Shown piece by piece: positions 11,159 to 20,524 of a DNA stretch of 28,006 bases. Within the stretch, counting starts at the first letter, position 1; each line of letters starts with the position of its first letter. Where the stretch lies: contig BCKQ01000020.1 of assembly GCA_001600695.1 (NCBI GenBank), forward strand, positions 99,141 to 127,146, read 5' to 3'. Source of the DNA: Ascoidea asiatica JCM 7603. Its lineage: Eukaryota > Fungi > Ascomycota. The translations under genes were made by a program, and so were the position numbers. The notes beneath the pieces were generated by a model, which had not been told where the DNA came from, made no database searches, and worked only from the letters and a program-made list of their open reading frames with translations.

Positions 11159-11737
11159 TATGAATAAAGATTATTTGAATTGAATTGAATTGAGTTAAAT
11201 CTAGTATGAATATAGATTTTATTATTATATATATAGTTTAATTATTATATTATATTATATTATATTATATTATATTATATTAAGAAGATAAAGAATATAA
11301 TGGAATTTATCTTTAATTTATATTAATAATTTAATATAAATCTAATTTCACCTCATCTCATCTCATTTAATTTAAATCAATTATACTATTAAAGAATTAT
11401 ATGAAAATATTAAATTAAATAATAACAACATAAATATTTTAAGTGGCGTTAAAGAAATTTTTATTTATTTTTTATTCTATAATGATAAAGAATGATTATG
11501 ATGATATTATTGGTTTAAATATTATTAATATATAAATATAATAAAATATTGAAAATTTCGGTGTTTGTGGAAATGGAACACCGTGACACTGAAAATAAGA
11601 ATCCCGAAATGAAACAGGCATAAAACTGGTCAATCATAGACATGGATTAAATGTTGACTTCTTTGACTTCATTTTTTGAGCCTCTTTTAAGTATTATTTA
11701 AATAAATGTTAAAATCATAACTTATTATAAATGTATC

Positions 11738-11761
11738 AGCCACGCATTTTAGCCACGCATT
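11738..11761. promoter_or_regulatory. Tandem 11-bp direct repeat AGCCACGCATT x2, candidate transcription factor sites upstream of the Gly-rich gene
   Basis: Copies at 11738-11748 and 11751-11761; AGCCAC resembles the Crz1 (CAGCCAC) motif. Confidence 0.3.
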
Positions 11762-11913
11762 GCTTTTTTCAAATCACAACGTAATAGTATGCAATGCAAT
11801 GCAATGGTATGCAATGCAATGGTATGCTGCATCATTTCCGACCTTCCGACCTTCCAGGTTTACAAAACGGGTAATAAAAAAATATTAAAATATTAAATAT
11901 TAAAGAATATATT

Positions 11914-11921
11914 AAAAAAAA
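11914..11921 (-). terminator. RNA polymerase III oligo-T terminator of tRNA-Asp
   Basis: T8 on the minus strand 2 nt after the tRNA 3' end. Confidence 0.85.
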
Positions 11922-11923
11922 GA

Positions 11924-11995
11924 CTCCGCGACGGGGAATTGAACCCCGGTCTACCACGCGACAAGCGGTAATTCTCGCCACTAAACTATCACGGA
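11924..11995 (-). tRNA. tRNA-Asp(GTC): tRNA-Asp (anticodon GTC), intronless, 72 nt
   Basis: Reverse complement TCCGTGATAGTTTAGTGGCGAGAATTACCGCTTGTCGCGTGGTAGACCGGGGTTCAATTCCCCGTCGCGGAG. Acceptor stem TCCGTGA/TCGCGGA, anticodon stem ACCGC/GTGGT around TTGTCGC, T-loop GGTTCAATTCC. Nearly identical to yeast tRNA-Asp. Confidence 0.98.
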
Positions 11996-12331
11996 TTTTC
12001 CTTGTGTTGTTTTATTTGTTTTTAAAATTCAATCTCATACTAACAAAATACAAAATAGAAAAAAAACATATTTTTTAATTTCATTACATTGAAGATAATT
12101 TTATTATGATTATATTTATGAAGTTCCTTTATTTTATATCAATTCATTAATTCAATAATGAAATTATTCATATATCAATAATAAACAAAAATTAAAAATA
12201 AATTACAATAATCACAATTCAATAATATTATAAATTCTAATATTCAGGTTTTTAAAACTTATCTTCAATTAATTAATTAATCATTTAATCATTTAATCAT
12301 TTAATCATTTAATCAATTAATCAATTATAAA

Positions 12332-13164
12332 ATGAAATCATTATTTTCAAATATAAAAGAAATAAATAATAATAAAAATAAAAATAAAAATAATAATAAT
12401 GATTTAAATGATGATAATGAAAATATTAATGAAAATATTAATTTTGGAAGATCATTAACAAATAAATTAACAAATTCATTTAAAAAAAATAAAAAAACAA
12501 TAATTTATACTAATAATTCTATAATTAATTCTATAAATAATTCTATAATTAATAATAAACAAAAATCTAAATTTCCTTTAAAATTAGCTAATAAGAATAA
12601 AAGTTCACTTCATTCAAATGAAAAGTTATTTAAAGAATTAATAAAAGATAATAAAGAATCTTTGAAATTGAATAATAAAAATATAATATTTTTTCAAAAA
12701 GATAAAAAATTTGGGAAAATTATTTATATTAAAGATAATTATAATAATTTTTTAAATGTAAATAAATTAAATGATAATGATTTAATAAAAATTAATCAAG
12801 AATGTAGAATTGATTTTTTATTTTATAGATATAAAATATATTATAAATTAAAAAATTTAAATTCATATCAATTTTTAGATTTATCAAATATTAATCAATT
12901 TAATTTATGTAATAATTTTATATTTCAACAAATTTTATGATTTATAAAAATCAAAATTATGATAAAAATAATAATTGTTTTAAAATTATTTTAGATCATT
13001 TTGATAGAGAATATTTATTTTCAATTCCAGTAACTAAATTAAATAAAATGGTAATTAATAATGTATTTACAAAACTGTTATATGATAATTTTAAAAAAGA
13101 TAATAAAAAGAAATATAATGATAATGGATCATTTATTCTTCAATTTTTTATTTCTTCTTTATAA
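12332..13164 (+). pseudogene. Frameshifted member of an orphan family (paralogue of 21302-22285); track ORFs 12332-12940 and 12937-13164 are one gene
   Basis: QECRIDFLFYRYKIYY matches IECSINFLFFRYKIYY of the paralogue. After a shift near 12913-12925, ISTNFMI and FKIILDHFDREYLFSIPVTKL match IIPNFMI and FKIRLSSVEREYLFSIPITKL. The shift could be a sequencing error. Confidence 0.7.
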
Positions 13165-13181
13165 ATCTTTAAAGTACTTTG
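12968..13181 (+). repeat. 214-bp repeat, copy 1 (inverted partner at 20525-20738)
   Basis: Manual alignment to the reverse complement of 20525-20738 gives about 6 substitutions and no gaps. Confidence 0.93.
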
Positions 13182-13380
13182 TATATAATTTTATTATAAT
13201 TGAAATTATTCTTTGTTTTCATTCTTTGATATTCCTCAAATATACTTTATTATCAATATTTCAATTACTCAGTAAACTTTCAAGGATCATAAAATATTGA
13301 AAAGCTATCAATTCAGTTTTTACTGTTAGATATATTTCAGAATGAGTTTGACAATTCTTTATCAATTTTTCACAACCACT

Positions 13381-13625
13381 GCCAACAAATCCTTGGGAAA
13401 TTCCCAAATCGAATACTTTCCCAATTGCAATCCCGGGCCAAGTCACGAAACTTCGGGAAGTTCCGTTCTGTTTTCCGGGAAGGTCTGGTTCGGGGTTCTG
13501 TTTCGGGTCTGTTTTTGTACCCGCGCAAAAGCCCACGTTTCTGAAACTCGAATCGGGAACGGAATTGCGCGGGTCGCAAACTGAGTGTGTTTCCCGATAG
13601 CACGGGTCTGCACCATAACGTTACC
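13381..13625. promoter_or_regulatory. GC-rich, palindrome-dense island, probably the upstream regulatory region of the phosphatase gene
   Basis: TTGGGAA-a-TTCCCAA (13393-13407), CACGAAA SCB-type site (13444-13450), AACTTC-gg-GAAGTT (13449-13462), TTCCGGGAA (13473-13481), ACCCGCGCAA/TTGCGCGGGT inverted pair (13519-13528/13565-13574), CACGTT near 13534. Confidence 0.45.
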
Positions 13626-14160
13626 ATTCATTTCCTGAATTTTGTGAGAATTTTTGCTTTATATATTTTTTGAATTGAATATTCAAATATTTTAAAGAAA
13701 GAAATATGTAAATTTTGAAGAATTTAATTATTATGATGATTCATTAAAAATTCTCTTTGAAGATTATTTTTTATTTTTGCATTAAATGGCATCAATTGAT
13801 GTTAATTTTTTTTTTTTTTATTAAGTAGAATTTAAAAATTTAAGATTATCGAAGTTATCGATTATTCTTTATTGAATAATTCTTTAAAAAATTTATTAAT
13901 TTCTCTCAGGTGTCTCTGTCTTATCAGTTTATCAACTGATAACATATTTAATTTTATTGTTTAAAGGGACATCTCATGGTTAAAAATATTTATTTTTATT
14001 TTGAATAAGTTTATTGAATTATGACTAAATTATAATTTATCAAACTTTTATTTGAATTGAATTGGAATATAAATAGTTTATGAAGTTTTTGAATTGAATA
14101 GATATAATAATATGAAATTAATTATTTAATTATCAAAATTATCAAATTTATATTTTCAAA

Positions 14161-15195
14161 ATGACAAAAGATTATATTAAACTTCATTCAGATTATGATA
14201 TAAATGAAACAAAAATTCCAACTGAAAAAGATAGATTAGATTATTATAATGAATTAAATAAATTAAAAAATATTAAAGATTTAAATACAAATAAATTTAA
14301 AAGACCATGGGAATTTGAAATTATTCATGGGTTTTTTAAACAAAGTGATTTAAATACAGATACTTTTAATTTTAATTATCTTGATCCAAATAATAATTTT
14401 GGTTTAATTAAAAAATTATCATGGAAAATTTTAAAAGAAAAAATAATTGAATTAAATTTAAATTCTTCAAAATTTATTCAATATAAATTAATTTTTTTTG
14501 CAAGACATGGTGAAGGTTATCATAATAAAGGTATTGAAAAATATGGTTTAAAAATTTGGAATGAAAAATATTCTCATTTATATGGTGATAATGAATTTAT
14601 TTGGGGTCCAGATCCTGAATTAACTGATTTAGGTTTAAAACAAATAAAATTAAATGAAATTGCATGGAAATTAAATTTAAAAAATGGTTGTCCATATCCT
14701 GATGCATTTTATGTTTCACCTTTTAAAAGATCTTGTCAAACTTTATTAGGAACTTTTGAAAATATAAATATTGAAAGAAATAATAATAATAATAATAATA
14801 AAAAATTTGAAGTAATTATTAAAGAAGATTTAAGAGAAACTATTGGAGTTTCATTTTGTGATAAAAGATCTTCAAAAAAATTAATTTCAAAAAATTTTTC
14901 AAAATTTGGTTTTAAATTTGAAAAAAATTTTCAAAATAATGATATTTATTTTAATGAAAATTATAGAGAAACTTTAATTGAACAAAGTTTAAGAGCAAAT
15001 AATTTTTTAAATTATTTATTTGAAAAAGATTTAAATATTTTAAAATTTAATCAAGATTTATTTATAAATGTAACAAGTCATTCTGGAATGATAAAAGCAT
15101 TTTTTAATGCTTTAAATCATAGAAATTTTTTAATTGATACTGGAGGAATGATACCTATTGTTGTTAAAGGAACAAGAAGAATTGATGATTTATAA
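14161..15195 (+). CDS. PMU1: Histidine phosphatase / phosphoglycerate mutase-like protein, Pmu1 family
   Basis: YKLIFFARHGEGYHN (RHG motif), WGPDPELTDLG, VSPFKRSCQT, LRETIGVSFCDKRS, VTSHSG, TGGMIPIVV; the family often has paralogues, so orthology is uncertain. Confidence 0.85.
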   Translation: MTKDYIKLHSDYDINETKIPTEKDRLDYYNELNKLKNIKDLNTNKFKRPWEFEIIHGFFKQSDLNTDTFNFNYLDPNNNFGLIKKLSWKILKEKIIELNLNSSKFIQYKLIFFARHGEGYHNKGIEKYGLKIWNEKYSHLYGDNEFIWGPDPELTDLGLKQIKLNEIAWKLNLKNGCPYPDAFYVSPFKRSCQTLLGTFENINIERNNNNNNNKKFEVIIKEDLRETIGVSFCDKRSSKKLISKNFSKFGFKFEKNFQNNDIYFNENYRETLIEQSLRANNFLNYLFEKDLNILKFNQDLFINVTSHSGMIKAFFNALNHRNFLIDTGGMIPIVVKGTRRIDDL

Positions 15196-15501
15196 TTTTA
15201 TTTTATTTTTAAATTAATTAAATTTATATATTTTATTATTAAATTTTTATAAATAATAATACATACATTTTAATTACATTTTATTCATATTCTCTTTCAT
15301 TATACTTTTTAGATCTCAGATTGAAAAGTATTCCAAAGATTACATTAACAAAGAAGTATTAATCTTAAACTTGAGAATTACTTGAGAATTTTGTTAAAAC
15401 TTTTGAATTTATATTTTACCATAAAAATATATGTAATCAAATAATAAAGTAATCATACAATTATATAATATTATAATATATAATATATAATTGAAGTTAA
15501 T

Positions 15502-16551
15502 TTAATCATCATCATCTGAGTTGGAATCATCAGAATCTTCATCAGAATCTTGATTTATGAAATTATTTTTAATATTATTTGATTGATTATCATTGAAAAT
15601 AAGAATTCTTTTTGAATTTGAATTATTAACTGGTTTCATAATATCATTTATACTTAAACCTAAATTTATATCACTAAACATGTCATATTTTAATTTATTT
15701 ATAGTCTTATTATCATTAATATTATTTTCTACATCACAATCACTATCATCACTATCACTATCACTATCAATATCAATATTTTTATTATTATTAGATATAT
15801 TTTTATTAGTCGCTCGTAATAAATCATTTAATAAATTTTTTGGTTTAATTAATTTTTCATCAATTGAAAATTTTTTAATAAAACTTTTACCATTTTTATC
15901 AATTAATAATAAATCTTCATCTAAATTTATATTTTTTTTATTAAATTTATTAAATTTATTAAATTTATTATGTTTATTATTTAAAATTGGAGGATTTTTA
16001 ATATTTATTGAAGATATTATTTTAGATACTGGAGTATGTTCCTTAATGAAATGTTTACTATTATCTATCTTTGTATTTGTATTTATATTTGTATTTACTT
16101 TTGTATTTGAATTTGTATTTGAATTTGAAATAATTGAAGAATTATTATATATATGACCTTTACCAATTGTATTTTTTTTTAAAGTTGTTGGAAAAAGTAA
16201 TCTTTTTTTAATTAATTTTGAATTTATTGGAGATTTTTTTGGTGAAGGTAAATATAAATTATTTGATAAATTATTTGATAAATTATTTGATAAATTAGTT
16301 TTTGAATTAAAATTTAAAAAAATTTGATCTTTTTGTAATTTTTTTGATTTTTTTTTAATATTATTATTATTATTATTAATATTATTAATATTATTAATAT
16401 TATATATATTATTTTTCTTTATTGGTGAATTTTCTGGTGTTATTGAAAATGAATTATTTTTATTATTTGAAGATATTAAAGAATTATTAAATATATTTAA
16501 AGAATCATATCTTAATCTTGGAGGAGTTCTATTTTGTTTATTTTTACTCAT
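15502..16551 (-). CDS. SIC1: Probable Sic1/Sol1-type cyclin-dependent kinase inhibitor
   Basis: Short motifs collinear with S. cerevisiae Sic1 as recalled: TPPRLRY ~ TPPRSRGTRY; LPSPKKSPINSKLIKKRLLFPT ~ LTSPQRSPFPKSSVKRTLF / NRILFPT; TPVSKII ~ TPSDKVI; DKNGKSFIKKFSIDEKLIKPKNL ~ KGEVVEKRRLTDEEKRRFKPKALF. Six S/T-P sites in a disordered background. Confidence 0.62.
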   Translation of the reverse strand: MSKNKQNRTPPRLRYDSLNIFNNSLISSNNKNNSFSITPENSPIKKNNIYNINNINNINNNNNNIKKKSKKLQKDQIFLNFNSKTNLSNNLSNNLSNNLYLPSPKKSPINSKLIKKRLLFPTTLKKNTIGKGHIYNNSSIISNSNTNSNTKVNTNINTNTKIDNSKHFIKEHTPVSKIISSINIKNPPILNNKHNKFNKFNKFNKKNINLDEDLLLIDKNGKSFIKKFSIDEKLIKPKNLLNDLLRATNKNISNNNKNIDIDSDSDSDDSDCDVENNINDNKTINKLKYDMFSDINLGLSINDIMKPVNNSNSKRILIFNDNQSNNIKNNFINQDSDEDSDDSNSDDDD

Positions 16552-16859
16552 TTTAAATAATTTAATTTATGAAAAAAAGTATATGAAAGAATTGAATTAG
16601 ATTTAAAAATCAAGGAAATAAAAGAAGCAGAAGCAGAAATAGAAATAGAAATAGAAATAGAAATAGAAGAAGATGAAGAAACAGTTTATCGAATATAATA
16701 TAATGAATATAATTATAATAATAATTTATTATAAATGGTAAAAGTATCAAATTCAATTCAATATAATCAAATATAATCAAATAATAATAAATAATAAGAA
16801 ATGGTTTAAAATAAATATATTCAATTAATCGATTTCACGCATTCTCAGCACTAACAAAT

Positions 16860-17210
16860 GTGGTCAAAGACGCGGGTTGTCCAAAAAAGGAAACACTGCC
16901 CAAAAGGGAAATACGTAAACAACAACAAAGAAAAAACGTGACTGAATGTAAACACCAGTCACATGACCACACGTGTGACCAGGATTATTATAACTACGCC
17001 TTATGTGGCAGTGCAATTGATAGATTTGGAACACATGCGTGGCTAGTTGACCGTCCCGTGGTTTGGCCGTGTCACGTGCCTCGAGTTTTAACTCGCGGAA
17101 TTTGGCGTTTCTGCTGCTCTGCTCACGTGGACGGGTCTGCGCTGCACGTGCGTGTTGACTTTGCCCCCTTTTTATGATAAAAATCAACAAGTGTCCTCAA
17201 TCATATAAAT
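16860..17210. promoter_or_regulatory. GC-rich divergent promoter between the SIC1-like gene and HAC1, with a cluster of CACGTG E-boxes and a TATA box
   Basis: GTCACATGAC 16958-16967, CACACGTGTG 16968-16977, GTCACGTG 17071-17078, TCACGTG 17123-17129, GCACGTGC 17144-17151, TATAAA 17204-17209. Confidence 0.7.
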
Positions 17211-17478
17211 ACTTGCCACTTCCTCCATTTCTTTTCTTTCTTTTTAATATTTTAATATTTCTTAATCCATCAAAATCAAATTCTCTTAATTCATTAAAAA
17301 TTCTCTGTAAAGAAGAAGCATCACTTTTTATATATATTCAAATTGTTTATTCAAGAAAACAATCAAATAATTAAATAATAAAGTCAGTTAGTCATAGATC
17401 ATTATTGTCACCAGCTTAATCTAATTATTTAGTCGCTCTCTTTTAAATTTTTAATTAGCCGCCGATAAAAAAAAAAAA

Positions 17479-19119
17479 ATGTCATCTTCTAATCCAATTA
17501 TATCTCTAACAAAATCTGATTCTCCCTCAGTTTTAATTTCAAATTCAAATTCTTCTTTAAATTCTTCATCAAATTCAAGAATAAATTCACTTGATATAGA
17601 TATAAAAAATTTTAAAACTACATTACCACCAAGAAAACGTGCAAAAACTAAAGAGGAAAAAGAACAAAGAAGAATTCAAAGAATTTTAAGAAATAGAAAA
17701 GCTGCTCATGTTTCAAGAGAAAAAAAAAGAAAATATGTTGAAAATTTAGAAATTAATTTAAAAAAAATTATTAAACATTATAAAGAAATTTTAAATAATA
17801 ATGATATTCTTTATAAAAATTTAAATCAATCAAATCAATTAAAATTTTCTCATTTACATCAAAATTTAAATATTAATTTTAATAATGAATTACAATTAGA
17901 AAATGATAGTTTAACATTAGATGATATTAAAAATGTTGAAGATTTATTAAATTCAAATTCAAATTCAAATTCTTTTAATAATCCTAATAATAATAATAAT
18001 AATAATACAACTACTATAAATTCAAAAGATTTAAAAGATGATATTACTTTAGATCATGATCATGATAATATTGAAGATAATGATGATGATAATATTCATG
18101 AACTTAAACATAAATCTCCAAGTATTAAATTAGAATCAAATTCAAATTGTAAAATTCCAATTAATAATTCAATTAATAATAATAATTTAATTTCAAAAAA
18201 AAAAAATCAATTTTTATCAAATAATAATATAAATAATAATATAAATAAAAATTCAAATTTATCTAATTCTTTAAATTTATCCAATTTTTCAAATTCATCA
18301 AATTTAGATTTAAATTTTGACTTAAATTCTAATTCAAATTCAAATTCTAATTCTAATTCAATTTCAGATTCTATTACAAATACTTTAACTCCTTCTGATT
18401 TATACCTTTCCCCAAATAATTTATCTTATAATTCTTCTCCTGATTTAAATGATGATATTTCAATAAATTCTGAAATGTTAAATATTAATCCATTTAAAAC
18501 AATTTCTAATATCTCAAATAATAATAATTTAATTACTTTAAATACTTCAAATAATAATGAAAAACAAAATGATTTTAATTTTGATTTATCAATGATGTTA
18601 AATGATTTTAATAATAATAATTCTGATAATAATATTATTACAAATGATTTTGAAAATTTAAATTCTAATTCAAATTCAAATTCAAATAATATAAACACAA
18701 ATTTTAATGAAATTGATTATTTAGATAATGATTTTATCAATAGGTTGCATATCCCAGCAGTGGTGAATTATATTTTTCAAATTATTAATATTAATATTAA
18801 TATTTCTAATTTTAATTTTAATTTTTATTATAATTTTTTAACTTAAATTAATCTTGGATTTACCTACTTAGTATAATTAAAATTTTTAATTTTTATTCAA
18901 TTTTTTAAACTAATTAGGTGATCTTTGAGATTTATTAGGTTAATTAATTTATATTATAATTTAAATTATTTTTTTTAGAAATTTTATTAATAATTAATAA
19001 AATTATAGTTTTATGCAATCATAATTTATTTTTTTTAAATAAATAAAAAAAAAAAAAAAAATATTTTATGGCCAGCAGCGCCAATTGATTCTATCATTGA
19101 TTTTAATCTCTTTGATTAA
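17479..19119 (+). CDS. HAC1: Hac1 bZIP UPR transcription factor. Spliced form join(17479..18757,19076..19119), 440 aa, ends HIPAAPIDSIIDFNLFD. Unspliced form 17479..18846, 455 aa.
   Basis: Diagnostic FKTTLPPRKRAKTKEEKEQRRIQRILRNRKAAHVSREKKRKYVENLE; HIPAV at the 5' junction as in other yeast Hac1 (HPAV/NPAV); in-frame acidic-hydrophobic second exon. Confidence 0.96.
18758..19075 (+). other. Non-spliceosomal Ire1-cleaved HAC1 intron, 318 nt
   Basis: 5' site loop CAG|CAGT (18755-18761) closed by CC/GG. 3' site loop CAG|CAGC (19073-19079) closed by a perfect TGGC/GCCA stem. Both fit the 7-nt CNG|CNGN Ire1 consensus and are isolated GC patches in AT-rich DNA. Confidence 0.92.
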
Positions 19120-19151
19120 TTATTTCATTATTTTAATTTATTTTAATTTTT

Positions 19152-19200
19152 AATAAATAAATATTGTGGCGCAGAATTAATTGCGACTGATTTATTTATT
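19152..19200 (+). promoter_or_regulatory. HAC1 3'UTR bipartite element (3'BE) stem-loop for targeting the mRNA to Ire1 foci
   Basis: TGGCGC (19167-19172) and GCGAC (19183-19187) are juxtaposed at the tip of a hairpin whose base is AATAAATAAAT/ATTTATTTATT; matches the UGGCGCG + GCGAC element of S. cerevisiae. Confidence 0.85.
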
Positions 19201-19610
19201 ATTAATTTTTAAAAATTAAATTAATCATATTTAATATCAAAATATTTTAATTCTTATTTAAATTTAAAATTTTAATTAAAAATTGTGTTTATATTTTTTT
19301 GGGTTTGGTATTCTTGTTTTTCATTTTATTTTTTTTTTTTTAAAGTTTTATTTTAAATTTTCGTTTCTTGTTTTATATCTTTATTTTTTTATTTTTTTTA
19401 AATCTTTTTAAATCTTTTCAAATCTTTTTAAATCTTTTTGGGGATCATTTTAATATAATTTATTTCGCTTTTAATTCAATAAACATTTTCAATTGTAATT
19501 TGTTTTTTTCGCTTTTAATTTACAAACTTGCTAGTCATTTATCAATAGATTTAGTTGTGAAATTCAACTTTTATTCAATATAATTTTAATTAAACATATT
19601 TATTAGTTCA

Positions 19611-20288
19611 CTAAATTTTACAAAAGTGAATCAGAAAACTTCCATCATAATCAAATGAATCAACATATACTTGAGTATAGAAGAAACTAGAGGCTATTTG
19701 AAAGATTTTGATTGAATTGGAATTTAATTTCAATTCAAGATCATTATCATTCAAATTGCTAATCACACTGTTTTTTTTATTCTTTAATTGATTATTTTTA
19801 ATAATAATAATCTATAAATTCACCAATTGTCCACATATTATCATTAGAAGAATTTGAATTAATAGCTGAATCATCATCAATGGGATTTTTGGAGATATTA
19901 AATTTTTCAGTGATTGAATCATTGTTCACTTTCTCAATGGATTCAATGGTGGAAATTTCTCTGTTTTAATTTTTTGCATTGTAACAAAATCAGATGAAAT
20001 ACATTCTTCGCTTACTTCTCTACCTACTTCTTCATCTGTCTCTTTATTCACATCTGTATCTGTATCTGTATCTGTATATACCATTTCATTCTGACTTTTA
20101 TCATCTTCCTCACTTTCATTTTGAATATTCTTTTGTTCACATTCATCTTCAATTCTTTCTGTTTCTTCTTGAATATCCTTTTCTTTCTCTTTATCAATTT
20201 GGATTTGAACAATTTGCTCTCTTTTTATTTGTGCTTTATTTTCAAGATATGAAATCCCAGCTAAGATAAGAACTGCAGGAATTACAAA
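19611..20288 (-). pseudogene. Disrupted orphan-family member with a hydrophobic segment and acidic N-terminal extension
   Basis: Reads FVIPAVLILAGISYL, an acidic tract, a frameshift, NDNMWTIGEFIDYYY*, then KNNQLKN...ELKLNSNSIKIFQ. DNA 19697-19797 aligns with 21739-21857 and 19801-19846 with 22163-22208, implying an internal deletion of about 0.3 kb. Confidence 0.75.
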
Positions 20289-20524
20289 CTACATTTCAAC
20301 AAAACTTACTGTTTCATAGGAAAATTAATTAAATTAATTTGAATTTTGTCCTTTTACTTGGGTGAAATTATAATTAAAAACCTTTTACATGGTTTCAATT
20401 ATATTTTTTTTTTTATGTATTTTAAAAACTTATTCATACACACTAATATTTTATTAAATTATGATTGAGAAATTGATAATAAAGTATTTATTATCAATCA
20501 CTGATTCAGATATTTGAGGAATAT

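Noticed and set aside
10825-11167. Overlapping ORFs 10825-11133, 10891-11163 and 10916-11167
   Set aside because: Alternative-frame and antisense shadows of the repetitive Gly-rich gene
12937-12940. ATGA stop/start overlap suggesting bacterial-style translational coupling or programmed frameshifting
   Set aside because: Homology to the paralogue continues upstream of this ATG in the second frame (ISTNFMI ~ IIPNFMI), so it is an internal Met after a simple indel
13261-13631. Four overlapping short ORFs, and a GGGAAATTC match to RNase P RNA CR-I
   Set aside because: The ORFs arise from local GC richness with atypical codon use; the other RNase P conserved regions are not present
15593-16156. 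187-aa hydrophobic + strand ORF (also 18426-18698, 23811-24056, 6886-7080)
   Set aside because: Antisense shadows of Asn/Lys-rich genes
16860-17374. ORFs 16860-17177, 16864-17190 and 17174-17374; RTCACRTG sites as a possible point-centromere CDEI
   Set aside because: The ORFs overlap the GC-rich promoter; no CDEII AT tract plus CDEIII follows the E-boxes
19994-20269. 91-aa + strand ORF
   Set aside because: Antisense to the acidic segment of the minus-strand pseudogene
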